Part shown: positions 1 through 13,026 of the stretch, piece after piece
How positions within the stretch are numbered: the first letter of the stretch is position 1
How the letters are laid out: the number at the start of each line of letters is the position of its first letter
Assembly (NCBI GenBank): GCA_012295275.1
Contig: CM022678.1
Location: 19,592,001-19,656,000 of the forward strand
Reading direction: 5' to 3'
Source of the DNA: Chrysomallon squamiferum
Taxonomy: Eukaryota > Animalia > Mollusca
Length of the DNA stretch: 64,000 nucleotides
The notes under the pieces: generated by a model
What the model saw: the letters and a program-made list of their open reading frames with translations, nothing else
Databases searched by the model: none
Told to the model about the DNA's origin: nothing
Position numbers and translations under genes: made by a program

Positions 1-312
1 AGTCATACATATATGCGATGACGTCACAACTTGAATTGTCTAGACGTAAAACCGATGACGTTGAAATTTTTACTGACATTATTTACTTATAATTATTAGG
101 TCAAAATGAAATAAGACAATACATTACTCTCGCCAGAGGAAAACTCATTTTGTAGAAATAACAAACTGTCTATATTTTGTTTCCCATAGTCCATTTTCTT
201 TGATACTGGAAGTTACCCATATTGCGTATTACCTAATTTCCGTCAAGATCTAATAGGACCTTAAAATCCACAACGAGGTTTGAAATGAACTTCAACGATT
301 ACCGAATACAGA

Positions 313-518
313 TCATTCCCAATTGGTATGATGATATTTAAATCCCTGCTGAATGTGTTTTGGATGAAATGAGAAGACATCAAAGTCTACTAACTCGCAT
401 TTCACAGCTCTACAAGCTACTGATGGATCTTGCAGCTTCCCGAGTCGATCCGAGTGTTTTTGTACAAAAGTACCAAGACATTCGTCAATGTGTTCAGTGT
501 CAGCTGAGTAACATACTT
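313..518 (-). CDS. Gene A exon 5: Cys-rich domain 2 (EVCYSADTEHIDECLGTFVQKHSDRLGKLQDPSVACRAVKC...); ends at a donor at 394 or at the stop at 313
   Basis: tttatttgacAG acceptor, phase 1; aligns with the exon 2 peptide. A GA|GTTAGT donor at 394 has the same phase and position as the exon 2 donor, but the frame also reads on to TGA at 315-313. Confidence 0.7.
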
Positions 519-544
519 CTGTCAAATAAATAAATGTAACTGGT

Positions 545-1019
545 TCATTATAGTAGTCATAGTCATAATAATGACAATAGTAATAAAATGATAATAACAA
601 TAATGATAATAATAACAACAACAACAATAATAATAATAATGCTAATAATGATAGTAATAATAATAATGATAACAATCTTAATAATAATAATAATAAAATA
701 ACAATACTGATGATAATGATAATAATAATACAAATGATAATAATGACAACAACAACAATAATACAATTACATGAATACAGTTAACTACAAAAGAAAGATT
801 AGTAATAACAACAATAACAAACAATAGTAATAATAATAATGATGATAATTAATAATAATAATATTAATAATAATGATAATAATAATAATAACAATAACAA
901 TAACAATAATAATAATAAAAGATTATGAAAATGACTGTAATCATGATGATGATAATGGTGATACGATGATGTGATGATGGTGGTTAAGACGATGATGACG
1001 ACGACGACGATAATGATGG

Positions 1020-1050
<31 letters not shown>
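545..1050. repeat. (AAT/AAC)n grading into (GAT)n microsatellite, intronic
   Basis: Trinucleotide repeats visible directly. Confidence 0.95.
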
Positions 1051-1051
<1 letters not shown>

Positions 1052-1055
1052 ATAC

Positions 1056-1127
1056 CTGTACGCAGTGTGAGAGATGAAGGACAGTGTTCATTAAGTTGTT
1101 CAAGAGTGCAGGGTACGTGAAGTTTTT
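1056..1127 (-). CDS. Gene A exon 4 (KKLHVPCTLEQLNEHCPSSLTLRT)
   Basis: tttatttacAG acceptor; 72-nt symmetric phase-1 exon; CAG|GTATAA donor; open in the frame required by both neighbouring exons. Confidence 0.8.
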
Positions 1128-1340
1128 CTGTAAATAAAAATCAATTGCACATTTTAACTGAAACAAACTAGCTATGGTAGATATATATATGTACCTACAT
1201 ACATACATATATACATACATACATATATATATATACATACATACATACATATATCATACATACATACATATATCATACATACATACTGAAAGATGGAGTC
1301 AGAGACAGGGAGAAACAGCACGACAGAAAGAGAGAGAGAA

Positions 1341-1371
<31 letters not shown>

Positions 1372-1382
1372 GAGAGACTTAC

Positions 1383-1429
1383 TCAGTCTATCATTAGTTT
1401 CTTTCTTTAAGTTGAGTCGACAGCTGTCA
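1383..1429 (-). CDS. Gene A exon 3 (SDSCRLNLKKETNDRL)
   Basis: A|GTAAGT donor at 1382. Only the downstream cAG acceptor (1431-1430) keeps phase 2 to 1. Confidence 0.65.
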
Positions 1430-1489
1430 CTGTACTCTATGCAAATAACAACAATAACAACTACTACTACAACTACTACAACAAAAGCA

Positions 1490-1522
<33 letters not shown>

Positions 1523-1728
1523 GAAAATAAATTATTTATTTATTTATTTACTTGCATACTAATTTATTTATTTAGTGAGTTAGTTAGGTAGGTAGGTAGT
1601 TATTTGTTTGTTTGTTTGTTTTATTTTTAATATTAACTTTATTTTTTTTTATTTGCATAGTTCTACCATACCCTCAATTACGTATTTTATTTATTTACTA
1701 GGTCACGTGACCATTGATAAACAAATAC

Positions 1729-1873
1729 CTGCACTCTATGTCCTTTTTCCGACAGGTATCTGAGCCAATGATTTTAAAAAGTGACGACCTGTGACTTGCA
1801 AGAAAAGTGGAAATGCATTTATTTATCTCCTCATCTTCCACAGAATCGCACGTGCAAAACACGCCTGGAAGTA
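1729..1873 (-). CDS. Gene A exon 2: Cys-rich domain 1 (LLPGVFCTCDSVEDEEINKCISTFLASHRSSLFKIIGSDTCRKKDIEC)
   Basis: Poly-T tract then aaacAG acceptor; 145-nt open frame; AG|GTATTT donor; phase 1 to 2. Confidence 0.8.
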
Positions 1874-1952
1874 CTGTTTAAAAAAAAAAAAAAAATATCA
1901 AATTAAATTTTAACGGGGTCTGAAAAGAACGCCGACTAACAGACTAATGTAT

Positions 1953-2084
<132 letters not shown>

Positions 2085-2729
2085 TAGCAAGACAGATAGA
2101 AATGAACATAAAAAGATAGAAGTATGTTATTGTTATATACAAAGTTATAAAGAAACTGGGAAAAAAGAGATAAAATTCATGAATACTGTTTGTAACAGTT
2201 AAAGAAATTTATTTTTCTCTACAAAGTACGATTTGCATTTAAATACTTTTCTTTTTAGCTCTAACACATTTCTCACAGTGCACGTTACGCTTGAACGAAT
2301 ACGTTTGAAATATTAGCATTGGATAACATACAACAATAACCGAAATTTGATTTATAGTGCTACATTCAGTTACGTTTGACCACAACACGTTCTTTCATCG
2401 TTACAACATATCCTTGAAATACACCTCTGTCAGATATGATAAACATTCAGTATTTTTCGATAACAATAACAGTAGGAATCAAAGATTCTTTTTATAATAT
2501 CAGTGAAAGCGTAAATTGCCATTTAATAAGTATTCTACATTTTTGCTGAGTATTTGTTTCAGTGGAGCATAGTGGTACGTGATTGCTTGTTGAAAAAAAA
2601 AAAGTACACGCAAATGTTTAGGATATTTGATTTTGTGTATAACCAATAACTGGAGGAAACAGCTTAAGAAAAATATATTAATTTTATTATTGACATAAAG
2701 ATAGTTGAAAAGAAAAAGAAAAAGATCCT

Positions 2730-3076
2730 AATATTACTGATATGAAAATAGTTGAAATGTAACATTACTGGATTAAAGAGAGTTGAAATTGTAATATTAT
2801 TAACGTAAAGACAGTTGAAAATGTAACATTATCAACATAAAGATATTTGAAAATGTAATATTATTAAAATAAAGACAGTTGAAAATGTAATATTATCAAC
2901 ATAAAGATATTTGAAAATGTAATATTATTAACATAAAGACAGTTGAAAATGTAATATTATCAACATAAAGATATTTGAAAATGTAATATTATTAAAATAA
3001 AGACAGTTGAAAATGTAATGTCAGCATAAATCAGTTGAAAATGTAATATTATCAACATAAAGATAGTTGAAAATGT
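2730..3076. repeat. ~31-32 bp minisatellite (aatattattaacataaagatagttgaaaatgt)
   Basis: About ten degenerate tandem copies. Confidence 0.9.
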
Positions 3077-3582
3077 GACTGGAATAAAAAGTATGAGAAA
3101 AACAAAATGTTACTGGATCATGATAGATGAAAAATATAACATTTGAAAAAAAAAAAAATAATAATAATTATAACTGTAGAAAATTCTGCTAATGGTAAAA
3201 ATCTGAAATTAGTATATTTTACTTTTGTAGCGATAAGGTTAGTTCAGAAGAAAAAAAATTAAATTGGGGAGAGGAAAGAAAATTAATCTTGAAAAGACCT
3301 GCAATCATCATCCCCACCATCCCACACCATCTCCCCAAACTAAAAATAAAAATCATCAAAGGAAAAGATGATTCTGAACAAAAATATTTGAAACAAATAT
3401 AGTTTTCTACTATAAAATTAATAAATCTCTATAAATGCACAAAATTAATTAGAATTTAAGAGTATCACAAAAACAACTTTAACTGAGAAAAAAAAAAATA
3501 ATGATAACAAAATATTCAAAATTAAAATTAGAATCAGTCACTTTTAAATAAACAAAATTCTCTCGAACAAACTCTGACTCAC

Positions 3583-3616
3583 GACAAACTACGAAGATCA
3601 ACAAAGCTGTATTCAT
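3583..3616 (-). CDS. Gene A exon 1: start and signal peptide (MNTALLIFVVC)
   Basis: Minus strand accATG aat aca gct ttg ttg atc ttc gta gtt tgt c|GTGAGT. Strong donor, phase 1. Joined to exon 2 it gives the hydrophobic signal peptide MNTALLIFVVCLLPGVFC. Confidence 0.8.
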
Positions 3617-3663
3617 GGTTTCAAATTTCAGTGACTTTCTCACTTTTACTCCTTATTAAAAAG

Positions 3664-3671
3664 TTTAAATA
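3664..3671 (-). promoter_or_regulatory. TATA-like box (TATTTAAA) of gene A
   Basis: About 50 nt upstream of the ATG at 3616, compatible with a TSS near 3640 and a short 5'UTR. Confidence 0.4.
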
Positions 3672-3884
3672 TGGCTGCAGAGCGAGCTATGGTCTCTGCT
3701 CTGTTTAGGCCAAATGTGTTGTTGTCACCCAGAGCAACGTATTATCATCTAAGATACTCCAATGAAAATCCTTCTCGCATTATAAAAGCATAGTCTATGA
3801 CCTTTAAGCCGGACGCTTCTATAAAGAAAGATCTCGTCCAAAAGAGACCAATTCAGATGAAAATTGTGTTTATTTTGAAAGAGA

Positions 3885-4120
3885 TTATGAACTGCTGCAT
3901 AAAATACGTGACGTATTATATGAACTGCTGAATGAAATACGTAACGATTATGAACTGAATGAAATGCTGCATCAAATACGTAACGTATTATATGAACTGC
4001 TGCGTAAAATACCTAACGTATTATATGAACTGCTGCGTAAAATACCTAACGTATTATATGAACTGCTGCATAAAATACGTAACGTATTATATGAACTGCT
4101 GCATAAAATACGTAACGTAT
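3885..4120. repeat. 33-bp minisatellite (tatgaactgctgcataaaatacgtaacgtatta)
   Basis: Tandem copies; source of the repetitive ORFs at 3959-4326. Confidence 0.95.
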
Positions 4121-5476
4121 TTTTCGTTTTCGAGGATTCTGAGGCGTGTAACTCGTTCACGAATGTGAAAATTATTTTCTTAATACAGTGTCATTGTATA
4201 TATCTGTTTTACTTTTATTATTACTTATGTTATTATTATTATTGTTGTTGTTGTTGTTATTGTATTATTTTCATTATTATTGTTATTATTGTGTTGTTGT
4301 TAACCTCATCCTCATTATCATCATGAGAGATTTTTTAAAGAATTTTTCAGACTATATTTTATTCTAAATAAATACGCAAAAGTAAATAAGCACACACAAG
4401 ATGAAAGTCGCGTATCTAATATATCCATTAATATTAATTATATTCCTTTCAAATAATCAGGCAGTTTTAAACTGAACTATAAGAAAGCTAAACAGGCCAA
4501 GGAATATTTAATTTTCTTTTAATCAAGCAAATAATAAAATTGTTAATTAACTGTATCTAATCTCCTACGAAATGAGCATTAAAAATGTTCAAGCCGTATA
4601 GAATTTTTGCTCGTGTAAATAAGAAATTTAATTTTATCGGTTTTTGAATTAAATTATCTCCCTTGATCTAAATTTTGTGTTAACGTAAAACTTTGATGGT
4701 AAGAAGAAATGTTACTATATTCTGAAAGACAACGTTATTAACGTTGCTGTTGTTGCTGTTTGGTGTCGTTGTTGTTTTTGTGAGTTTTTTGTTTTTGTCT
4801 TATCATGACGTATTATTTATTTATTAATTTATTTATTTGCGTACTTTTTTTATATTTACATATTTAGAGTTTTATTTTATTTTTATTTTATTCTTACATA
4901 GTCTCCTAACGATATTATTTTAAAATAATAACTAGGAGGATCATTTTGAGACAGAGGTAATGTTTAGATCACTATCAGGTTTGCGGATAAGAAATGTGTT
5001 AGCCACAACGCTAACAATCCGTTTAGGGATTAATACTTTGAATCTTTAGTCTGAAACTAAAACTTCACAAAATAATAATTTATTCAGAAAGCTTCACGTT
5101 TTTGTTTAAACATTAAATGTAATTGTTGTTAGAGATAATCACTTCATTTTACTATCCGTGAAACAAACTTCAAATCAGTATCAAACTTACGATATTAAAA
5201 CAAAAACTATTATCAAAGTTTGATGTTTAAATTTTTGTTTCCGTTAACTGTACTTACCCTCCATACTTTTCATCACGTTTTCAAAAAAAAAAAAAAAAAA
5301 AAAAAAATAACAACAACAAAGAAGTTTCTTTTAAACATTTAATTTGGCACTGTATTAGCACACTACATAACAACAGAGTCTGTGAGATAATAATAAATAA
5401 TAATTATAATTAGTAATCAAAAACAAAGTTAAGTGATTTGAAGAAAAACGTTAAGAACAGTAATACATTGGTCAGT

Positions 5477-5583
<107 letters not shown>

Positions 5584-7189
5584 TACAGGCAGAGGGACAA
5601 AGTGAAAACTGATAAACAGAGATAGATAGACAGACAGACAGACAGATAAATATACTGACAATCAGACAGACAGAGAGCCATAGATAGCTTAAGTAGATAA
5701 ATAGATAGATGAATATCTATAAAGTTAAATAAAAAGTGATATGTTCACTGGAACAAACAAACACAATTATATATGTCCACTAAAATAAAGAGATGCACCA
5801 AAAATATAAAGATTAATAGAATTTTTTTCTTTTGTTTTTCCAGTCAAGATAATAATAACAATAAATACTTTTAACTGGAAAATACATTTACAAGGTGTAT
5901 GTTTACTGGAAGAATCATTTAGAAAAAAATAAATGACAAAACATGATTAGAAATACTGCAGAAATAAATATATATATATACACAACTATTTTATTTAAAT
6001 ACACACAGATAACAGATGCATACTTACATACACAGAAGCATATGCACGTGCTCACACACGCACGCACGCACACATGCAGAATAATGGTTAGTTTTTCCTT
6101 CACTGAAATGTATCCGTGATTTCTATTACTGATTAGTAGAAAAGCATTAAAAAATAAGAAGAAAAAGAAAATAAAACGTGTAAAGTGTTGGACAAAGAAT
6201 TAATATTCAAATTAATATTTCAAAATGAAGATACTGAAATCACATTTTTGGACAAAGACAGCAACGTGACTGAAATTATATAAAAAAAAAAATTTAAGTT
6301 TTACCCTGTTGTCAACATTTAAATATACTTTAAAATTTGAAAAACATTTTTGTACGATACCACTTCAGACACACACACACATACACACACACACACGCAC
6401 ACATACACACACAGTACCATGTATGCACACAATGTATGTCACTTACACGAGAATTAGATATCAACACACATATGTAAATATAAATTTACATATGCATAAT
6501 CAGACACACATTAATAAGAGGAAAAGAGACTACAGACTGTATAATATTTGATAAAGTGATGTTCTGAAGTCTGACTTTGTTTAAATATATATTTAAAAAT
6601 TTAAAGATACAATTAATACTGCTGTACTAATACTGGTTGAATTGTCGATTTGCAAAACATACGCAGACCAAGAAGCGTTAGTGAACGAAATTTTCTAATT
6701 AAATATTAAAGTATGTAACTAACTGGGAAAAATTGACATTTAAAAGAAATTAACATACACACACACACACATACACATACACACATACATGCACACACAT
6801 ACACATAAATATACGACCTAGTTAATAAAGTGTATATAAACTAATTAATTAAAAATCTTCTAACGTAATAAACTTATTAAAAACATTACAACAAATTAAT
6901 AATTAATTTTTGTACATAACGAACAGTAAAAATAGCACATTAAAACAAATTAACTAAATATTTTTAACATAATATCTTCGTATGCACTGAACTATAAAAA
7001 CAAATTTAACAACTGAATATTTCTTAAGTATAACAAAATAGTTAAAGAAATATTAAAACAAATTTCTTAATTAAATATTTCTTATCATGAACTATACAGA
7101 TAAAGACAAACTGACATTTTCTTTTCAATTTAGATATACACTACAGGCAGCTCTAGGTCGTTATCTAAGTTTGGTACAGGCCTATCTTT

Positions 7190-7940
7190 CATATTTCAGT
7201 TTATATTGGTACACACCATTTCAGTTTTGTATTGGACTGTAGGTAAATTTCTGTTTCGTACAGGCCCGTAGTGAACATTTCAGTTTCGTACAGGCCCATT
7301 TCAGTTTGGTACGCCCTACATTTCAATTTTAATTTGTACAGACATTTATTTTACATTTTATTTCAGTTCATGACTATATTTTAACTTTTCTTTCTATTTT
7401 AAATCAGTTTATTGGCATGGTCGCTTTATTTCAGTTTATAATACTCTCTCTCTCTCCATCAATTTACTTTCATTATGTTCTAAGTTCCCTATGCTGACAT
7501 TCTCAGTCAACTAACGTGACGTTCTCAGATATGTTGACATTCTCAGACAGTCCCTTTTATGACAGTTTCAGATGAATCACCATGTTGACACTGTCATCTC
7601 ATTTTGTTGACAGTTTAAAACAATTCACAGTGCTGACGTTTTCAAAACAGTTCACTTTTATGCTGACATTCTCAGTTCATTTTGCTGACATTAAAAAAAA
7701 ACAGTCCACTTATTGATAATTTCAGTTCATTTTGTTGACAGTTTAAGACAGTTCTCCATGTTGAATATTGTGAGTTAATTTTGTTGACATTATAGACAGT
7801 TCACTATGGTAAACTTTTCAGTTCATTTCGTAGACATTATCTGTCAGTCCACTGTTACTACAGTTTCTTAACTTTATTTATTTTTACTTTTTCAGGTCAT
7901 TGGCTGACGTTTTAAAACAGTTCAATTTGTCGACAATCTT
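7190..7940. repeat. Degenerate minisatellites (tttcagtttcgtacaggccc units, then gttgaca-core units)
   Basis: Recurrent short motifs at 20-40 bp spacing. Confidence 0.65.
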
Positions 7941-9469
7941 TTGCACTTCCAGTAATTAAAAGAAGCAGCTCTATAACATTATGTGTGTGAAACAGTGACT
8001 CTCCATTTATAGAACACTCCACTCATAAATCATCGCTTTTTAGATATTTTTCATTATGCTAGTCAACGTTAAATTAGTATTAATGTACATTTAAAACATC
8101 AAACATCTTATAACTGTATACAGTAACTTTCTGAAGACACTAAAATCAGCAGACTGTCTGGTAACAATGCCCTATGATTACTACAGATGCCATTTTGTTT
8201 TCAGAAATGTGAATTTCTACAAATTGTATGCATTAGCTCTATTAAGATACGTATGTTGATGGTAAAATGTTCTGACAATCTGTAATTATGACTATCGTTA
8301 TATATTACGAAAATCATGCTAATATTCAAAGTAATATGACAGAAGTCCTTTTATGAAACACAATACCGAAAATTAATTTGGTTTTACTAAATAAGAAAGT
8401 TATCTGGAGTTAGATGATAGACAATGCCATTATCTACAATAAGAAACAAGATGGAAGATATAAAAAGCCATTTAGAACAGCCAAAAGATTAATCTACAGT
8501 CAAAGATGCAATACGTATTTCGGTGGTTCAAGATACAAACTAGCCATTATATAATAAAGATGAGATAAGTAATTTTAGTGTCAAAAGCTTCAGACAAATC
8601 AGCTTAGCTGTAGAGGACAGACAAGTTATTTGGTGTACAAAATGCAGACAAGTGATTCTGTTGTAGTACAAGATACGAAATTAAAAGAGAAATGAGTTTT
8701 TCGATGATATCCAACAGATACAAGATACAAGCAAAGCATTCGGTGGGTCAAGAATCAAAAACAAAAAAGATTAAAACTAATAATGATATGGGTAAGACAG
8801 AAACAAGTTCATGGTACAAGATACAAATAATTCATTTCATCGTGCATCTTACAAAACCGTTATCTCGTGACGAATGAATACGTGTGCGTAATAGTTCACA
8901 GTACGTTGATATATCTTTATGTAAGTTAACTGTAAGTATATAGAGGCTAACTGTATGTAAATTAGGTGTAAGTATGTGTTAAATTGTAAGTACGTCATAA
9001 TTAAATGTAAGTACACCTTAGTTAAATGTAAATTCATCTTAGTAAATACATCTTACTTAAACGTAAGTACATCTTAGTTATATATGAGTACATCTTAATT
9101 ACTTCTAAGCAAATTTAACCGATCAGTAACATCTGTGTAATAAATTCAGCTTCCATACGAATGACATTTAGTAAAATTTATCTCAGTTAATTATATATGT
9201 ACTTTTATATATATATATATATATGAGATCATATGTGGGCATTATGCCATAATCACATTATTATATTTTATGAATACGAGATCAGTAACATTTGTATGTT
9301 ATACAGTTAGTAAATTAACTTATCAAATATTAATTATTATGTTATACCAACATATCCGTCAGATTGGATGTTAATGTATGAGCTTAGCTATAATTATTTA
9401 TATATCTTTCTTTAACATCTTAAAGTCAAAATGCTTCTGTTGGATATTTTGGTTTTAGAAAACGTTGCA

Positions 9470-9825
9470 GTAATAGTAATAATAGCAGTAACATAGTAGT
9501 TGTGGTAGTGGTAGTTCTAGTGGTTATAAATCTGGTTTTGTTGAGGCAGAATAGTTCTAGCAGTGGAGTACTAATGACAGAATAGTAATAGTAGTAGTAG
9601 TAGTAGTAGTAGCAGTAGCTGTAGTAGTAGTAGTAATAGTTGTTGTTGTAGTTGCTGTTGTAGCAGTGTAGTTATAGAAATAGTAGTAGCAATAGTAATT
9701 ATAGTATGATTAATTGTATAGTAGGATAATAGTAGCATTTAGTAGTACCAAAATACTAGTAGTAGCTGTTGTAATAGCAGATAAATAATACAGAATTGTT
9801 GTAGTAGTAGTAGTAGTAGTAGTAA
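9470..9825. repeat. (AGT)n-type degenerate microsatellite directly 3' of the gene B stop codon
   Basis: gtagtagta runs abutting 9828. Confidence 0.9.
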
Positions 9826-9827
9826 TG

Positions 9828-11567
9828 TCACGTAGTGATGCGGGATGCCTGGTTGTGCTTGGTGAACCTGCGCTGCATGGCGAGGATGATGTTGTAACTC
9901 TGCTGCAGTCTGTTTCCTTGGTCCTCCAGTCTGTCTGTCAGGTGGTGCAGCGTGTTCAGCAGAATCTCCTTCTTGTGAAACGTCATCAGGTCCTCGAATC
10001 GCGATCTCTGCTCTTCCATCATTTTCTCCTCTTCTTGAGCTTCTCGAATTTTCTGCTCGACGATTTCTTTCTCCAGTCTGAGCAGCGTCACCTTCTCTTC
10101 CAGGCTGCTTTTCACTTGTCTGAGCGTTCTGCCAGAAGTGACGTTGGTCGCGACGTCATTCTCCGTTGGCGTTTTGCTCGTGACGTCATTCTTCGCTGGC
10201 GCTTCGTTTTTGACGTCATTTCCCAATTCCATGTCGCTAGTGGTGTCAGTAGATAATGGAGCACCATCTGAGACGTTGTTCTCTAATACCACAGGACTTG
10301 TGACGTCATTTGTGATGTTACTCTCCAACGACTCTTGATTTGTGACGTAATCTGGTAACTGCCTTTCACTTGTGCCGTCATTCTCTATTTTTACGTCATT
10401 TGTGATGTCATTCGATAGTGGATTATTATTTGTGACGTCGTTATCCAGCGTTACGTCACAGAAGGTGTGAGAAGCTATTTCTCGTGAAAGCAAGCCCTGT
10501 TTTTCTCCATACGCAGATTTCAGTGGTTCACTCGATGATGACAAATTGAACGACGCTGACTCAGTGAAGTTTTCATTCGCTCTGCAGAACTGAAAATCTT
10601 CGTCTATCTCGAAAAGCCCGTCTCTTCCTAAACTCGAATAGCCCGTATCCGTGGACTCCTGCATGCAGTCACTGCAGTGAACCATCTCCAGCGTCGTGTC
10701 CGAGTCGTCGTCGTCGTCAACGTCATCATCATCGTCAGCTGTAAAATCCGTCTGCACGGCAACGTCTTTCAGCAGGTCGTCGTCATCTCTGATGAGGTCG
10801 CTGATAGAAATGTCACGCTTCATGGATTCGTTTTCGAGCGTGAACTCCAGTGACTCCTCGTAGTCGAAACAGACTTTGTCGTCCACGTGGAAATTCCCGT
10901 TGAAAACGTCCATGCTCGGGGATGTGTCCGAAGACTCATCCGTATCACAGTTAGATCTCACGCCACAGTTCAGAACATTGTTATTTCCAATCCCTTGGTC
11001 GGACACGAAACCGCACCGCCCGAGCGAATTTTCTGACAGTCCTTGTTGATACGACATGAAAATGTCTAAGCCAGGCAAAGCGAGGGACGTCGGCTTGGTG
11101 TGGTAGTTGTTGTATTTGTTACTTGGCGTAAGCGCCGGAGACGTCGATGCTGAGGAGCAAGCGCTACATGACCCAGACGACGTGGCCGACGACTTCGGCG
11201 AAGGAATCCACGGGTTCGTTCTGATTCTCGATCTTGTTTTGGGGACAGTGATGTAGTCCTTAACAAACAGGGTGCTAGGCTGGAGTTTGTGGTCGGTGAA
11301 GGAGCTGGTGTCGTGGTATCTGAACGTCTCAATGATCTGTCCGCACGCGGACTTGACCGCCTCTTCCAGACACAAGTCGCACGTCACTTGCTCATACTCG
11401 TAGTCAGGGGCGATCACTCCGAAAGCTTTCTCCCACGTCAACTTGGGCCCGAACCGGTTTCGGTTTTTGTCGTACAGTTCGCTGGTGGCTGGTTTCTGAG
11501 GCTGGATTTTCTTCTTTCTGTTTCTGACTCTGGGAAGGGAGTTAACCACGAACTCCTTGAATTTCAT
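9828..11567 (-). CDS. Gene B: 579-aa uncharacterised protein with basic N-terminus, Ser/Asp-rich disordered middle with NDVT repeats, and C-terminal coiled coil
   Basis: 1740-nt ORF in a sharply GC-richer block. Acceptor ttctctgtttccAG at 11583-11582, 14 nt before the ATG, with an in-frame TGA between them. Heptad-like C-terminus (LEEKVTLLRLEKEIVEQKIREAQEEE). Confidence 0.92.
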   Translation of the reverse strand: MKFKEFVVNSLPRVRNRKKKIQPQKPATSELYDKNRNRFGPKLTWEKAFGVIAPDYEYEQVTCDLCLEEAVKSACGQIIETFRYHDTSSFTDHKLQPSTLFVKDYITVPKTRSRIRTNPWIPSPKSSATSSGSCSACSSASTSPALTPSNKYNNYHTKPTSLALPGLDIFMSYQQGLSENSLGRCGFVSDQGIGNNNVLNCGVRSNCDTDESSDTSPSMDVFNGNFHVDDKVCFDYEESLEFTLENESMKRDISISDLIRDDDDLLKDVAVQTDFTADDDDDVDDDDDSDTTLEMVHCSDCMQESTDTGYSSLGRDGLFEIDEDFQFCRANENFTESASFNLSSSSEPLKSAYGEKQGLLSREIASHTFCDVTLDNDVTNNNPLSNDITNDVKIENDGTSERQLPDYVTNQESLESNITNDVTSPVVLENNVSDGAPLSTDTTSDMELGNDVKNEAPAKNDVTSKTPTENDVATNVTSGRTLRQVKSSLEEKVTLLRLEKEIVEQKIREAQEEEKMMEEQRSRFEDLMTFHKKEILLNTLHHLTDRLEDQGNRLQQSYNIILAMQRRFTKHNQASRITT

Positions 11568-11659
11568 CTTCTCTCGTCAGCCTGGAAACAGAGAAAATAA
11601 CACGTCATTGTGAAACAAAAACCACTGAAGAAATTTGTTGTTTTAATTCACATCAAAAG

Positions 11660-12740
11660 TTATCTAATATTGTAATTGTGAAACTCGTTATATGTTATCT
11701 GTTATTGCAACCCCAAAACACGTTGCAAATTATGTTACTATAATGTTAAAACACGTTAAAAGTTATGTTGCTGTAAAGTTAAAACTCGTTACAGGTTAAT
11801 TGCAACTCGTTAAAAACATAAGTCTTACAGGTTATGTTATCGCAATGTTAAAACACGCTAAAAGTTATTATTTTTTGTAACTGTAATGTCAAAACGAATT
11901 ACAATATATCTGACATTGTAATACTAAAACATGCCACAAGTTATTTGTTTTATTGCAGTGTTAAAATTTGTTACAAGTTATGTTGTCGTAATGTTAAAAC
12001 ACGTTACAAGTTATTTGTTACTGTAACGCTAGAACACGCTACAAGTTATTTTTTTGTGTTGTAATGTTAAAACTCGTTACAAGTCATCAGTTATATGATA
12101 AAGCTAAGAAAGTTACAAATTTTGCATTTGTATTACAAAAATATTGTAACTATTGTAACGCAAAATAATTGTTCCAAATTATTTATTGTTGAAACGGTAA
12201 AAGCTTGCACATGTAAACTGTTATTTTAACAGCCTAAAACAGTACAGCTATATTACAAAGCGTCATCTATCACTGAAACACTAAATCAGTAGAACTCTCT
12301 TACCGTAATGTTACAGACAAAAATATAATTATTACAAGTTATCTTTTATTGTAAAGCTAATACATGGTATAGTTATCTATTAGTTTAAAACTAAAACGGC
12401 ACAAGTTATCTGTTGCTATAATAATATAATACGTTACAACTTTTCTTTTATATTAATGTTAATAAGAAGAAAAAAATCCAGTACAAGAAATCCACTATTT
12501 TACCCCTAAAACATTTCTGTCATTGTAATGTTAAATAGTTTAAACTTTACATGCTACTTAAGAGTAAAATACGTTACAAGATATCTATCATTGTAATATT
12601 AAACAGCTTAAACTTTACATGCTAGTTAAGAGTAAAACACGTTACAAGATATCTATCATTGTAATATTAAACAGCTTAAACTACATGCTATTTAAGAGTA
12701 AAACACGTTACAAGATATCTATTAATTTTAACAGTTTCAA
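11660..12740. repeat. Degenerate tandem repeat (gtaatgttaaaacacgttacaagttat core), with ~68-bp units at 12520-12720
   Basis: Recurrent motif visible throughout the gene B intron. Confidence 0.75.
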
Positions 12741-12989
12741 GTTTTTCTTTATTGTAATGAAATTTCTACAGCGAGGCATGTTTTATCTTCGTAAAATTAA
12801 AAAGAAAAAATTAAAAATCGTTTCAATGGGGTTTTTTACGACTTTTGTCAACTAATTTCTTTTAATTTCCGGCGAATCCCGTGCAGCTAATTAACAGTTG
12901 CAAACAGAAAATACTCTTCTTTTTTCTGTTTTTTTTTTTAAATAAATATAAATTGATTATAATACACTTTTTGTTTCTTAGTTCTGTTG

Positions 12990-13026
12990 GTGCGGCCCTA
13001 GGTAAGAGTTGATTTTGACACTCCTG
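12990..13026. mobile_element. hAT/Charlie-like transposon terminal remnant
   Basis: gcggccc...ttttgacactcctg; the reverse complement CAGGAGTGTCAAA resembles the CAGGGGTGTCAAAC terminus of Charlie-type hAT elements. Only one end was recognised. Confidence 0.4.

Noticed and set aside
5251-5275. Strong minus-strand donor after ATG AAA AGT ATG GAG G as the first exon of gene A
   Set aside because: Yields no signal peptide; exon 3616-3583 fits much better.
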